Positions 56,175-64,000 of a stretch of DNA of 64,000 nt are shown one piece after another. The translations under genes were made by a program, and so were the position numbers. Each line of letters begins with the position of its first letter. Within the stretch, counting starts at the first letter, position 1. Source of the DNA: Rhodospirillales bacterium (GTDB taxonomy: Bacteria > Pseudomonadota > Alphaproteobacteria > Acetobacterales > Acetobacteraceae); contig JANYFG010000077.1 of NCBI GenBank assembly GCA_025362815.1, forward strand, positions 364 through 64,363, given 5' to 3'. A model generated the notes under the pieces. The model saw only the letters and a list, made by a program, of their open reading frames with translations. It had not been told where the DNA came from and did no database searches.

Positions 56175-56816
56175 CTACGGGCGCTTTTGTGACACCGGAG
56201 GCGTGATTTTACGGTAGTCGGCGGGAATGCGGAACACCGCGTCCGGCAGGGGCGCGAAATCCACCGACAGCGCCTCCAACAGCACGAGGCTGTCGGCCTC
56301 GGCGCGCAGAAGAACGCCGTCGCCGGTGAGGCAGGCCAGCACCTGGCGCCCGGCGGTGTCGCGGGTTTTCCACTGCGTGCAGCCGAGGCCTGCCACGTTG
56401 AGGGCGCCGCCGCGCTGATACCCACCGGATGCCGCCACGCCGGGGAAGGCTTGAGGCGCGGCCTGGGGACCGCTCATCGTCACCACCGAACGGTCGCCCT
56501 CGCGCACGGCCTGCATGTTGTGGGTGGCGGTGTCGATGACGACATACATGCCGGGGGTAGGTGGATCGACGCGCAATTTCCCCGCGGCGATGCCCCAGCG
56601 CATGCGCTGCGCCAGGGGGCCGCTGGGGCCGGCCATCATGTAGACGACATCGACGTCGCGGGTGGGCTGGGTGAGCGGGGCCTGGGCGTCGGATGTTTCA
56701 GCCTGGGCGCCGCCGGCGATGACAGCAGGCAGCAGCAAGGCCAGGCTGATGGCGATTGTCGGCTTGAAGATTTTGATCGGCGCGCGCCAGCGGGCGGTGG
56801 GGCGACCCGCGATCAT
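56175..56816 (-). CDS. Exported protein of unknown function, paralogue 2
   Basis: The signal or anchor sequence is IAISLALLLPAVIAGGAQA. It shares the C-terminal blocks GxxCTxW, CLTGDGVLLRAE, LEALSV and FxIPxDYRK with the upstream gene. The ATG overlaps that gene's stop. Confidence 0.6.
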   Translation of the reverse strand: MIAGRPTARWRAPIKIFKPTIAISLALLLPAVIAGGAQAETSDAQAPLTQPTRDVDVVYMMAGPSGPLAQRMRWGIAAGKLRVDPPTPGMYVVIDTATHNMQAVREGDRSVVTMSGPQAAPQAFPGVAASGGYQRGGALNVAGLGCTQWKTRDTAGRQVLACLTGDGVLLRAEADSLVLLEALSVDFAPLPDAVFRIPADYRKITPPVSQKRP

Positions 56817-57385
56817 TTCGGGATCGCCATCATGCGATAGCCGTCGGGCGGCGAAAACAGGCCGGTGGCCTGGGTGGTCAGGGTGACCGACGTTGCCTCG
56901 ATCGACGCCTTGCGGCCGTCCCTGCCCTGCCCTTCGCCGCGCAGCAGCAGGCCGTCCGTGGTGAGGCACACGCGGCCGCGGGCGCGCTCTGCGGTCACGT
57001 CGTAGGTGGTGCAGGCGCGGCCGAGCACGGTGTCTGTCCCGGTGCGCTGGAAGTGAAGCTGGTCGCCGAGAATGAAGCCGTCGGTGATGCCGCCGCCTTG
57101 CGGCAGTTCGACGACAAGGCGCGGCTGCGGCATCACCAGCTCGATCCGCTCCATCGCGCGGTCCACCAGCAGGTAGCCGAGCGGGCCACCTTCGATGCGC
57201 AGCCTGTCACCTGCCGCGAAATAGCGGATGGTGAGGCTTGGGGGCACCGTGGGGTCCGAGCCGGAGCTGCGATAGGTGATCGCGGCGTCGCGGTTCGGCA
57301 GATAGCGCGGCGCCGGGCCAGGCGGTGCGGCGTGCGCGGCGACGATGGTGCAAACGATCGCCAAGATTGCCAGGAAGGCCTTCAT
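56813..57385 (-). CDS. Exported protein of unknown function, paralogue 1
   Basis: The signal peptide is [19 protein letters not shown]. The blocks [25 protein letters not shown] and FSPPDGYR are present. The ATG overlaps the aat stop. Confidence 0.6.
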   Translation of the reverse strand: MKAFLAILAIVCTIVAAHAAPPGPAPRYLPNRDAAITYRSSGSDPTVPPSLTIRYFAAGDRLRIEGGPLGYLLVDRAMERIELVMPQPRLVVELPQGGGITDGFILGDQLHFQRTGTDTVLGRACTTYDVTAERARGRVCLTTDGLLLRGEGQGRDGRKASIEATSVTLTTQATGLFSPPDGYRMMAIPK

Positions 57386-58071
57386 GTATCCCCTTTCGCG
57401 AGCCGGCCGATTTCGGCGCGCAAGGCATGCGCGTCGGGATCGGCCTCGAAATACGCCGTCTGGCTCACGGCTTTTTCCAACAGCACCCGATACGCCGCGC
57501 GCGGCATTTCAATGCCACCGAACTGTGTCAGATGGGTGGTGACCCACTGCGTGTCCAGCAGGAAGAAGCCCCCCATCCGCAGCCGTGCGACAAGATGCAC
57601 CAGGGCCACCTTCGACGCGTCCCGTGCCACGCTGAACATGCTTTCGCCGAAGAACACGCCGCCGACGGCCACGCCGTAGAGACCGCCGACAAGCGCGCCG
57701 TCGAGACGGGTTTCCACGGAATGGCCGTGGCCCATGCGGTGCAGCTCGGTGAACAGTTCCTCGATCCTGGGGTTGATCCAGGTGTCCATCCGCCCCGGCG
57801 CGGGGGCCGCGCAGCCGGCGATGGTGGCTGCGAAATCATGATCGACGGTGACGGTGTAGGGGCCGGACAGCACCGTGCGCAGCAGGCGCTTGGGCAAATG
57901 AAACGCGTCGAGCGGCAGATGGCCGCGCATTTCGGGATCGAGCCAGTAGAGTTTTTCGCTGGTGCGGTTTTCGGCCATCGGAAACATGCCGATGCGGTAG
58001 GCCCGCAGCAGCAGATCAGGGGTGACGTCGACCGTGCGGCGGGACATGCGCTCAGTTAGCCGAAAGCGCAT
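57382..58071 (-). CDS. aat: Leucyl/phenylalanyl-tRNA--protein transferase
   Basis: [37 protein letters not shown] and LLDTQ are conserved Aat blocks. The start is uncertain (58071 or 58047). Confidence 0.85.
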   Translation of the reverse strand: MRFRLTERMSRRTVDVTPDLLLRAYRIGMFPMAENRTSEKLYWLDPEMRGHLPLDAFHLPKRLLRTVLSGPYTVTVDHDFAATIAGCAAPAPGRMDTWINPRIEELFTELHRMGHGHSVETRLDGALVGGLYGVAVGGVFFGESMFSVARDASKVALVHLVARLRMGGFFLLDTQWVTTHLTQFGGIEMPRAAYRVLLEKAVSQTAYFEADPDAHALRAEIGRLAKGDT

Positions 58072-58087
58072 GTCCGTGGGAAGCGTT

Positions 58088-59230
58088 TCAGATGTAGTGC
58101 TCGGCCAGCGGGGCAAAACCGTTGAAGCACTGGCTGGCATAGGTGGTGACGTAGGCGCCGGTGGACATCAGTGCCACGCGATCGCCGCAGGACAGTTTCA
58201 ACGGCAGCCGGTAGTTGGACTTTTCATAGAGGATGTCCGCGCCGTCGCAGGTGGGGCCCGCGATGGCGACGGGGCCGGTTTCGCCGTCATCGTGATCGGT
58301 GACGATACGGTATTTGATCGCCTCGCCCTCGGTCTCAGCCAGGCCGCCGAAACGGCCGATATCGAGATACACCCAGCGCACCGGGTCCTGCCCGCCTTGC
58401 GGGTGGCCGCGGCGGCTGACGAGGACCACCTCGGCGCTGACGACGCCGGCATCGGCCACCAGGAAGCGGCCGGGCTCGACCAGCATTTCCGGCAAGGCGT
58501 TGCCGAAATGCTTCGTCATGGCGCCCATGATGGCGGTGCCGAAGCGGTCGATCCCGGGCACATCGTCGCGGTAGGAGGTGGGGAAACCGCCGCCGAGATT
58601 GCACATGCGCAGGTTGACCCCCGCATCCCTGAGGTCGGTGAACAACATCGCCACCCGGCCGATGGCGGCCTCGTAGCTGGCGGTGTCGGTCTGCTGGCTG
58701 CCGACATGAAAGGACAGGCCATACGGGTCAAGGCCCAGCTCGCCGGCGCGGAGCATGAGGGTGCGTGCATGCTCGATCGTGGTGCCGAATTTGCGAGACA
58801 GCGGCCAATCGGCGCCGCCGTTCTCAACCAGGATGCGGCAATAGACGCGCGCACCCGGGGCATGGGCGGCGATCTTGTCCAGTTCCTCGTCCGAGTCGAA
58901 CGCGAACATCGACACGCCCGCCTGGTGCGCGCGCCGGATGGCGGACACCTTCTTGATGGTGTTGCCGTAGCTGATGCACGCGGGCGCGGCGCCTGCTTCG
59001 AGGCAGGCATCGATCTCCTCGGCGCTGGCGGCGTCGAAGCTGCTGCCGAGGCCCACCAGCCGTGCAAGCACCGGCGCCGCCGGGTTGGCCTTCACGGCGT
59101 AGTAGATCCGCGCCAGGGGCAGTGCTGCACGCAGCGCATGGAAGTTGCTTTCCACACGATCGACATCAAGCACCAGACACGGCGTGGCCGGTTGGTTGCA
59201 AGCCAGGAAACGCGCGACTTTAGGAGTCAT
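58088..59230 (-). CDS. Group IV (eukaryotic-type) PLP-dependent ornithine/basic amino acid decarboxylase
   Basis: The PLP lysine is in [18 protein letters not shown] and the C-terminal CDG block are present. The protein is 380 aa, starting at MTPKVARF. Confidence 0.85.
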   Translation of the reverse strand: MTPKVARFLACNQPATPCLVLDVDRVESNFHALRAALPLARIYYAVKANPAAPVLARLVGLGSSFDAASAEEIDACLEAGAAPACISYGNTIKKVSAIRRAHQAGVSMFAFDSDEELDKIAAHAPGARVYCRILVENGGADWPLSRKFGTTIEHARTLMLRAGELGLDPYGLSFHVGSQQTDTASYEAAIGRVAMLFTDLRDAGVNLRMCNLGGGFPTSYRDDVPGIDRFGTAIMGAMTKHFGNALPEMLVEPGRFLVADAGVVSAEVVLVSRRGHPQGGQDPVRWVYLDIGRFGGLAETEGEAIKYRIVTDHDDGETGPVAIAGPTCDGADILYEKSNYRLPLKLSCGDRVALMSTGAYVTTYASQCFNGFAPLAEHYI

Positions 59231-59425
59231 CGCACGGGGCCCCCTATGATACGTCCGCCTGTGAAGGCGGCGGACGAGGTTACAAAACGGTCGAACGAAC
59301 CAGCGACCAGACGAAGATTTCGCGACGAGAGGGTGTCGCAAACCCGGTTTGCCAGAACGCTTGACGTCGTTACGTAACCCCTTGATCTCGTGCGGGGGGC
59401 CAGAGGCACGTGCGTTGCTGCGTGA
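59231..59425 (-). ncRNA. Long structured 5' leader of the decarboxylase gene (candidate speF-type RNA element)
   Basis: About 195 nt separate a plausible promoter from the ATG. Several hairpins are visible on the minus strand: GTCCGCC-gccttcaca-GGCGGAC, GCAAACC-GG-GTTTGC, and GCGAC...GTCGC. Family membership was not verified. Confidence 0.35.
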
Positions 59426-59431
59426 TCTTCG

Positions 59432-59460
59432 AAATAGGACCCCCACCCCCCCTGCGCAAG
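59432..59460 (-). promoter_or_regulatory. Candidate sigma-70 promoter for the decarboxylase leader
   Basis: The minus strand reads CTTGCG-N17-CTATTT, immediately downstream of the terminator of the preceding gene. Confidence 0.3.
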
Positions 59461-59486
59461 ATAATTATGCGGCCGTGTCCGTGAAT

Positions 59487-59519
59487 AAAAAAAGGCCGGG
59501 GAAAACCCCGGCCTCTTTC
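59487..59519 (-). terminator. Rho-independent terminator of the Bax-inhibitor-family gene
   Basis: The minus strand reads GGCCGGGG-tttt-CCCCGGCC-TTTTTTT, 23 nt after the stop. Confidence 0.75.
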
Positions 59520-59541
59520 AGAACATATCAGGCGAACTCAA

Positions 59542-60312
59542 TCAGTTGCTGCGACGGTCGCCGGCAAACTGCAGGAGCAGCATGAACAGGTTGATGAAGT
59601 TCAGATACAGGCTCAGCGCGTCATACACCGAGCGCTTGCCGGCATCCTGCGGGCCGGCGGCCTGGGCATATTGCAGGTAGGTCGCCTTGATGCGCTGCGT
59701 GTCGTAGGCGGTGAGACCGGTGAAGACCACCACGCCGATCGCCGAGATGGCGAACTGCAGGGCCGAGCTGCCGATGAACATGTTGACGAGACCGGCCAGC
59801 ACAATGCCGATCAGCCCCATCATCAGGAAGCTGCCCATCTTGCTGAGATCGGTCCGCGTGGCGTAGCCCCAGACGCTCATGGCGGCGAAGGTGCCGGCGG
59901 TGATGAAGAACACCCGCACGATGCTTTCGCCCGTGTAGATCTGAAAGATGTTCATCATGCTGGCGCCCATCGTGCCGGCGAATGCCCAGAATATGGCCTT
60001 GGCGGCCGTGGCGGACAGACGCTCCACGCCGAAGCTCAGCACCATCACGAAAACCAGCGGCGCGAACATCGCGATATAGGCGAGCGCGCCAGGCTGGTGC
60101 ATCAGGCCGCGCGGGGTCTGCACCAGCGGATAGAAGGCTTCGCGCAGGTAGGTGTTGCAGCCTAGCGCCACGATGCCGGTCAGCAGCAGCCCGGACGCCA
60201 TCCAGTTATAGACGCGCAGCATATAGGTGCGCAGGCCCGCATCCAACGCTGCCGCGGAGGAGGCGGCACCGCCGGCGCCGGGGTAGGTTCGAAAATCGGG
60301 CGTGTAGGCCAT
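59542..60312 (-). CDS. Bax inhibitor-1/YccA/YbhL-family membrane protein
   Basis: This is a 7-TM protein with LRTYMLRVYNWMASGLLLTG, and the C-terminal YDTQRIK and LYLNFINLFMLLLQF blocks are diagnostic. I chose the start at MAYTPD (60312), preceded by AAGGA. Confidence 0.85.
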   Translation of the reverse strand: MAYTPDFRTYPGAGGAASSAAALDAGLRTYMLRVYNWMASGLLLTGIVALGCNTYLREAFYPLVQTPRGLMHQPGALAYIAMFAPLVFVMVLSFGVERLSATAAKAIFWAFAGTMGASMMNIFQIYTGESIVRVFFITAGTFAAMSVWGYATRTDLSKMGSFLMMGLIGIVLAGLVNMFIGSSALQFAISAIGVVVFTGLTAYDTQRIKATYLQYAQAAGPQDAGKRSVYDALSLYLNFINLFMLLLQFAGDRRSN

Positions 60313-60446
60313 TGGGAGGTTTCCTTGAGGAATGGGCGATCGACGGGAGCGACATAGCACATATTCCCGTGAGACATATTTCGCTTATGGACGGTTCGTA
60401 TTCAAGCCGCCTGGAAATTAAACCGGCGAAACCTTCACCCCCTGGG

Positions 60447-62939
60447 TCAATCGTTGCGCAGCAAGGGCGCGGCTTTGACGCGCAGCGCCGCTTCGGTGCC
60501 GGCGAAGCCGAACAGCAGCATCAGCCCCATGCAGCCCAGGATGGTGAGCGCCAGGGTGCCCGGCAGGAATGCCCAGTCCGTCGCCATCACATAATGCACC
60601 ACGCCGTAGCTTGAGGCGGTGCCGATCAACGCCGCGATCAGGCCGGCGGCCAGACCCAGCACGCCGAATTCCACCAGCCAGGCCGCGCGGATCTGGCTGC
60701 GAGAGGCGCCGAGGCTTTTGAGAATGACGGCCTCCCCGGTGCGGCGACGCTGGCCAGACGCCACGGCACCGCCAAGCACGAGCGTGCCGGCGATGAGCGT
60801 GAGGGAGCCCGTGGCCGCGAGCGCGGTGCCGAGCTGGCCCACGATGGCGCCCACCGCCGCCAGAACGTCTGCCACGCGGATGCCGGAGACGTTGGGCAAC
60901 GCGTCCGTCACCGCGCGGAGCAGGCGGGCCTGCGATTCGTCGGTGGCGCGCACGGTGGCGATATGGGTGTGGGGCGCGCGTTCCAGCAGGCCGGGGCTTG
61001 CGATCATGGTGAAGTTGATGCCCATCGAGCGCCACGCGATGTCACGTAGGTTGGCCACCGTCAGGTCGAGGTCGCGGCCCAGGACGTTGACGCGCAGGGT
61101 GTCGCCGACCTTAACACCCCAGCCACGGGCCAGATTGGCGTCGAGCGAGACAAGGGGGGCGCCGGTGTAGTCGGCCGCCCACCAGCTGCCGGCGGTGAGC
61201 CGGGTGCCCTCGGGTGGGGTGGCGGCGTAGGTGAGGCCGCGATCGCCGCGCAGCGCCCACGCGGTGTCCGGCGAGGCGCGCACCTTGTCGGCCGGCGTGC
61301 CGCTGACGGAGACCATGCGGGCGCGCAGGCTTGGCACCTCCGCCATGTCGGTGACGCCCTTTTCCTGGGCGATGACGTTTCTGAACACGTCCATCTGGGT
61401 GTTCTGGATATCGACGAAGAAGAAGCTGGGCGCGTTGGTGGGAAGCTGTTCGGCGACCTGGTGCTGAACGTTGCCCTGGATGAGCGCCACAGCGGCCAGG
61501 GTGGACAGGCCAAGGCCCACGGAGACCAGCATCAGCGGCGTGGACGTGCCGGGACGGTAGAGGTTCCCAAGCCCGAGGCGGGCCCAGGGCTTGCCCGCGA
61601 TGGTGATGCCGGCAGCAGCGCGCATCAGCACGAAGGCGCCGGCCCGGAACAAGGCCAGCGTGGCGCCGGCGGCGAGACAGAACCCCAGCGCGAATTTCCA
61701 TTCGGCAGCGGTGGCGACGGTGAGCGCCACGAGGCTGCCGACGAGCACGACGGTGGACACGATCAGCCACAGGCTGGGCTTTGCGGCGTCGGGCGCCACG
61801 GCGTCGCGAAACAGGGCGGCGCCGGAAATGCCCATGGCGCGGGCCAGCGGCCAAAGGGCGAAACTCGCGGCCGTCAGCGCGCCGAAGGCCGCGGCGAGGG
61901 CGAGTGGGCGGAGGAAAACCCCGGTGACGGGCGGCACCGGAAGCACGCCGCCCAGAAACGACGACACGGCCACGGGCAGCAGGCCACCGGCGATCAGGCC
62001 GATGGCGATGCCCGCGACGGACAGGGCCGCGACCTGGATCGCGCAGGTGGCAAACACCAGCGCGGGCGATGCGCCGAGGCATCGCAGCGTGGCGATGCTG
62101 CGGGCGCGGGCCTGCAGCCAGGCGCGCACGCCGTTGGCCACCCCGATGCCGCCGACGAGCAGGGAGGTCAGGCCCACCAGCGTCATGAACAGGCTGGTGC
62201 GCTCCAGGAACTGCGTCACCTGCGGGGCGGCGTTGGAGCTGTCGCGGATGCGCCAGCCGGTGGCGGGGAATTGTTTTTGCAGCACGGCGATCTCGGCTTT
62301 GACGTTCGTTTCGGGTGGAAATGCCGCGCGCAGCTGGTGTTCGACGATGGCGCCGGGCTGGATGAGGCCGGTGGCCGGAAGGTCCTCCATCCGCATCAGC
62401 ACGCGGGGGCCGAGCAATGAGGGCGTGGAGACCCGGTCCGGCTCGTCGGTGAGCGCACCTGACAGATCCAGCGTGGCGCGGCCGAGTTGCAGCTTCTGGC
62501 CGGCCGCGATGTGAAGGCGGTCGAGCACCAGGGTTTCGGCGGCGATCTGGCCGGGAATGGGTTTGCCCTGGGGTGCGAACGTGGCGGTGCCGATCAGCGG
62601 CCAGGCATCGTCCACCGCCTTCAGTTCCACGAGCAGGCGGTCGCCGGAGGACGCGATCAGCATGGAGCGCATGGTGGTGACGTCCGACAGACGCGCGCCG
62701 CGGCCGCGCAGCCAGTCTCGCAGCGCATCGGGCAAGGCCTCGGCGCCGCCCTGCACGCTGATGTCGCCGCCCAGGATGCGGGCGCCGTCACGGGCGAGGC
62801 CACTGTCGATCCCGGCGCGCAGGCTGCCGACGCCTGCTATGGCGGCCACGCCCAGAGCGAGGCACGCGATCACGATGCGCAGGCCCTTGATGCCGCCGCG
62901 CAGCTCACGCCACGCGAGGACGAAGGCCATGCGCATCAC
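60447..62939 (-). CDS. FtsX-domain ABC transporter permease (YbbP-like, 830 aa)
   Basis: There are two FtsX-type 4-TM modules separated by large loops. The gene is coupled to the ATPase gene. Confidence 0.85.
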   Translation of the reverse strand: MMRMAFVLAWRELRGGIKGLRIVIACLALGVAAIAGVGSLRAGIDSGLARDGARILGGDISVQGGAEALPDALRDWLRGRGARLSDVTTMRSMLIASSGDRLLVELKAVDDAWPLIGTATFAPQGKPIPGQIAAETLVLDRLHIAAGQKLQLGRATLDLSGALTDEPDRVSTPSLLGPRVLMRMEDLPATGLIQPGAIVEHQLRAAFPPETNVKAEIAVLQKQFPATGWRIRDSSNAAPQVTQFLERTSLFMTLVGLTSLLVGGIGVANGVRAWLQARARSIATLRCLGASPALVFATCAIQVAALSVAGIAIGLIAGGLLPVAVSSFLGGVLPVPPVTGVFLRPLALAAAFGALTAASFALWPLARAMGISGAALFRDAVAPDAAKPSLWLIVSTVVLVGSLVALTVATAAEWKFALGFCLAAGATLALFRAGAFVLMRAAAGITIAGKPWARLGLGNLYRPGTSTPLMLVSVGLGLSTLAAVALIQGNVQHQVAEQLPTNAPSFFFVDIQNTQMDVFRNVIAQEKGVTDMAEVPSLRARMVSVSGTPADKVRASPDTAWALRGDRGLTYAATPPEGTRLTAGSWWAADYTGAPLVSLDANLARGWGVKVGDTLRVNVLGRDLDLTVANLRDIAWRSMGINFTMIASPGLLERAPHTHIATVRATDESQARLLRAVTDALPNVSGIRVADVLAAVGAIVGQLGTALAATGSLTLIAGTLVLGGAVASGQRRRTGEAVILKSLGASRSQIRAAWLVEFGVLGLAAGLIAALIGTASSYGVVHYVMATDWAFLPGTLALTILGCMGLMLLFGFAGTEAALRVKAAPLLRND

Positions 62940-63649
62940 GCGATTGTCCCGTCGGCGATGGCGATGGTGCGGTCGCAGCGGGCGGCCAAGGCGGGGTCGT
63001 GGGTGATCAGCATCAGCGTGGTGCCGTATTCGGCGCGCAGGTTGAACATCAGGTCCATCACCGCCTCGCCCGTGGCCCGGTCGAGGTTTCCGGTGGGCTC
63101 GTCCGCCAGCAGAAGACGCGGCCGGGCGGCGAAGGCGCGGGCAAGGGCCACGCGTTGCTGCTCGCCGCCCGAGAGCATGCCGGGCAGATGCGTGAGCCGA
63201 TGACCGAGCCCCACGGCACGCAGGCTGGCCTCGGCGCGCGGCATTGCCTGTTTGTCACCTGCCAACTCCAGCGGAATCGCCACGTTCTCCAGCGCGGTCA
63301 TGCTCGCGATCAAATGAAAGGCCTGGAACACGATGCCCACATCACGCCTGCGCAACGCGGACAACGCGTCCTCGGAAAGGCCTCGGAGCTCCTGGCCGGC
63401 GAGCGTGACGGAGCCGGAGGTCGGGCGTTCGAGGCCCGCCAGCACCATCAGAAGGCTGGTTTTGCCGGAGCCGGAGGGGCCCACGACGCCCACCGCCTCG
63501 CCCTCGCCAATGGAGAGGTCGATGCCTCGGAGGATGTTGACCGGGCCCGCGGCGGAGGGCACCGTGAGCTTGAGATCGTGGACCGCGATGAGCGTTGTGC
63601 GCTCGCTCGCGGTGGGAATTTTGGCCGGAGGCGTGATGAATACGTCCAT
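62936..63649 (-). CDS. ABC transporter ATP-binding protein (YbbA/LolD-like)
   Basis: Walker A is GPSGSGKTS, the signature is LSGGEQQRVALARA, and Walker B is LLLADEPTGNLD. I chose the start at MDVFIT. Confidence 0.88.
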   Translation of the reverse strand: MDVFITPPAKIPTASERTTLIAVHDLKLTVPSAAGPVNILRGIDLSIGEGEAVGVVGPSGSGKTSLLMVLAGLERPTSGSVTLAGQELRGLSEDALSALRRRDVGIVFQAFHLIASMTALENVAIPLELAGDKQAMPRAEASLRAVGLGHRLTHLPGMLSGGEQQRVALARAFAARPRLLLADEPTGNLDRATGEAVMDLMFNLRAEYGTTLMLITHDPALAARCDRTIAIADGTIA

Positions 63650-64000
63650 GGCCACCGGATATGGCCCCTTCACCGCGTGGCGCAAAGCGGCGGTTGTCCT
63701 GTGTTGCGGTCTTTTCATGATGCTGGTGGCGGTATCGCCGGCGCTGGCGGCCAAACCCCGTGTGCTGGTCTTGGGAGATTCGTTGGCCGCCGGATACGGG
63801 CTGGCGCAGCCGGACGGATTTCAGGCGAAGCTGGCGGCTGCTTTCCCGGATATCGCGCTTATCGACGCGGCTGTGTCGGGAGACACCACGGCCGGCGGGC
63901 TGGCGCGGCTGGAATGGTCGCTGGCCGATGGGGCGGACGCGGCCATCGTGGAGCTGGGTGGCAATGACGGGCTGCGCGGGATCGATCCGCGCAACACACT
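63648..64000 (+). CDS. TesA-like SGNH arylesterase/thioesterase, N-terminal part (runs off the window)
   Basis: This frame is not in the ORF track because it has no stop in the window. I read MATGYGPFTAWRKAAVVLCCGLFMMLVAVSPALAAKPRVLVLGDSLAAGYGL...VSGDTTAGGLARL...ELGGNDGLRG, which contains GDS, G and GxND blocks. It is divergent from the ybbA/ybbP-like pair, as in E. coli. Confidence 0.75.
   Translation, partial: MATGYGPFTAWRKAAVVLCCGLFMMLVAVSPALAAKPRVLVLGDSLAAGYGLAQPDGFQAKLAAAFPDIALIDAAVSGDTTAGGLARLEWSLADGADAAIVELGGNDGLRGIDPRNT

Noticed and set aside
59227-59409. 60-aa ORF in the decarboxylase leader as a possible leader peptide (by analogy with enterobacterial SpeFL)
   Set aside because: There is no RBS, the ORF overlaps the decarboxylase start out of frame, and the composition is typical of random high-GC frames. 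I cannot exclude a much shorter uORF, but none is supported.
1-64000. tRNA/rRNA genes, IS elements, integrases, prophage or toxin-antitoxin modules
   Set aside because: Scanning the intergenic gaps showed no T-loop-like GGTTCGAATCC-type motifs in a cloverleaf context. No translation resembles a transposase, integrase, phage protein or TA protein. The absence is based on reading by eye only. tRNAscan-SE, ISfinder and defence-system scans would be the formal checks.

Overview
This is a high-GC, gene-dense window (about 90% coding) that reads as conserved alphaproteobacterial chromosome. The evidence is GcrA, an aa3 cytochrome oxidase cluster with CtaB/CtaG/SURF1, RodZ-IspG, a Tim44-like protein, argD-argF...hslO, and GlnE. 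The AT-rich palindromic intergenic repeats look Rhodospirillales/Acetobacteraceae-like, but that is a low-confidence inference. I support about 65 CDS, most on the minus strand. Many are chained by 4-nt ATGA/GTGA stop-start overlaps. I found no rRNA, tRNA, CRISPR array, transposase, integrase or phage genes, so there is no obvious mobile or defence island.

The most unusual locus is 5.7-11.0 kb. It holds a cytoplasmic HtrA/PDZ homologue with all three catalytic residues replaced, translationally coupled to a LuxR regulator with a degenerate receiver domain. Divergent from that pair are a sensor kinase and a sigma-54 activator. A near-consensus -24/-12 promoter then drives an internally duplicated periplasmic protein with a His/Met-rich tail.

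Other points of interest:
- The hisS anticodon-binding domain is a sharply bounded low-GC patch.
- Two families of structured intergenic repeats occur, several of which overlap or supply stop codons.
- There are long structured leaders upstream of an ornithine decarboxylase and a Bax-inhibitor/YbhL gene. These are the contexts of the alphaproteobacterial speF and ybhL RNA motifs.
- An ODC-aat operon continues into two paralogous secreted proteins of unknown function.
- A four-gene insert sits between argF and hslO.
- Several short tandem repeats occur.

All calls come from reading the translations and sequence by eye. No database searches were run.
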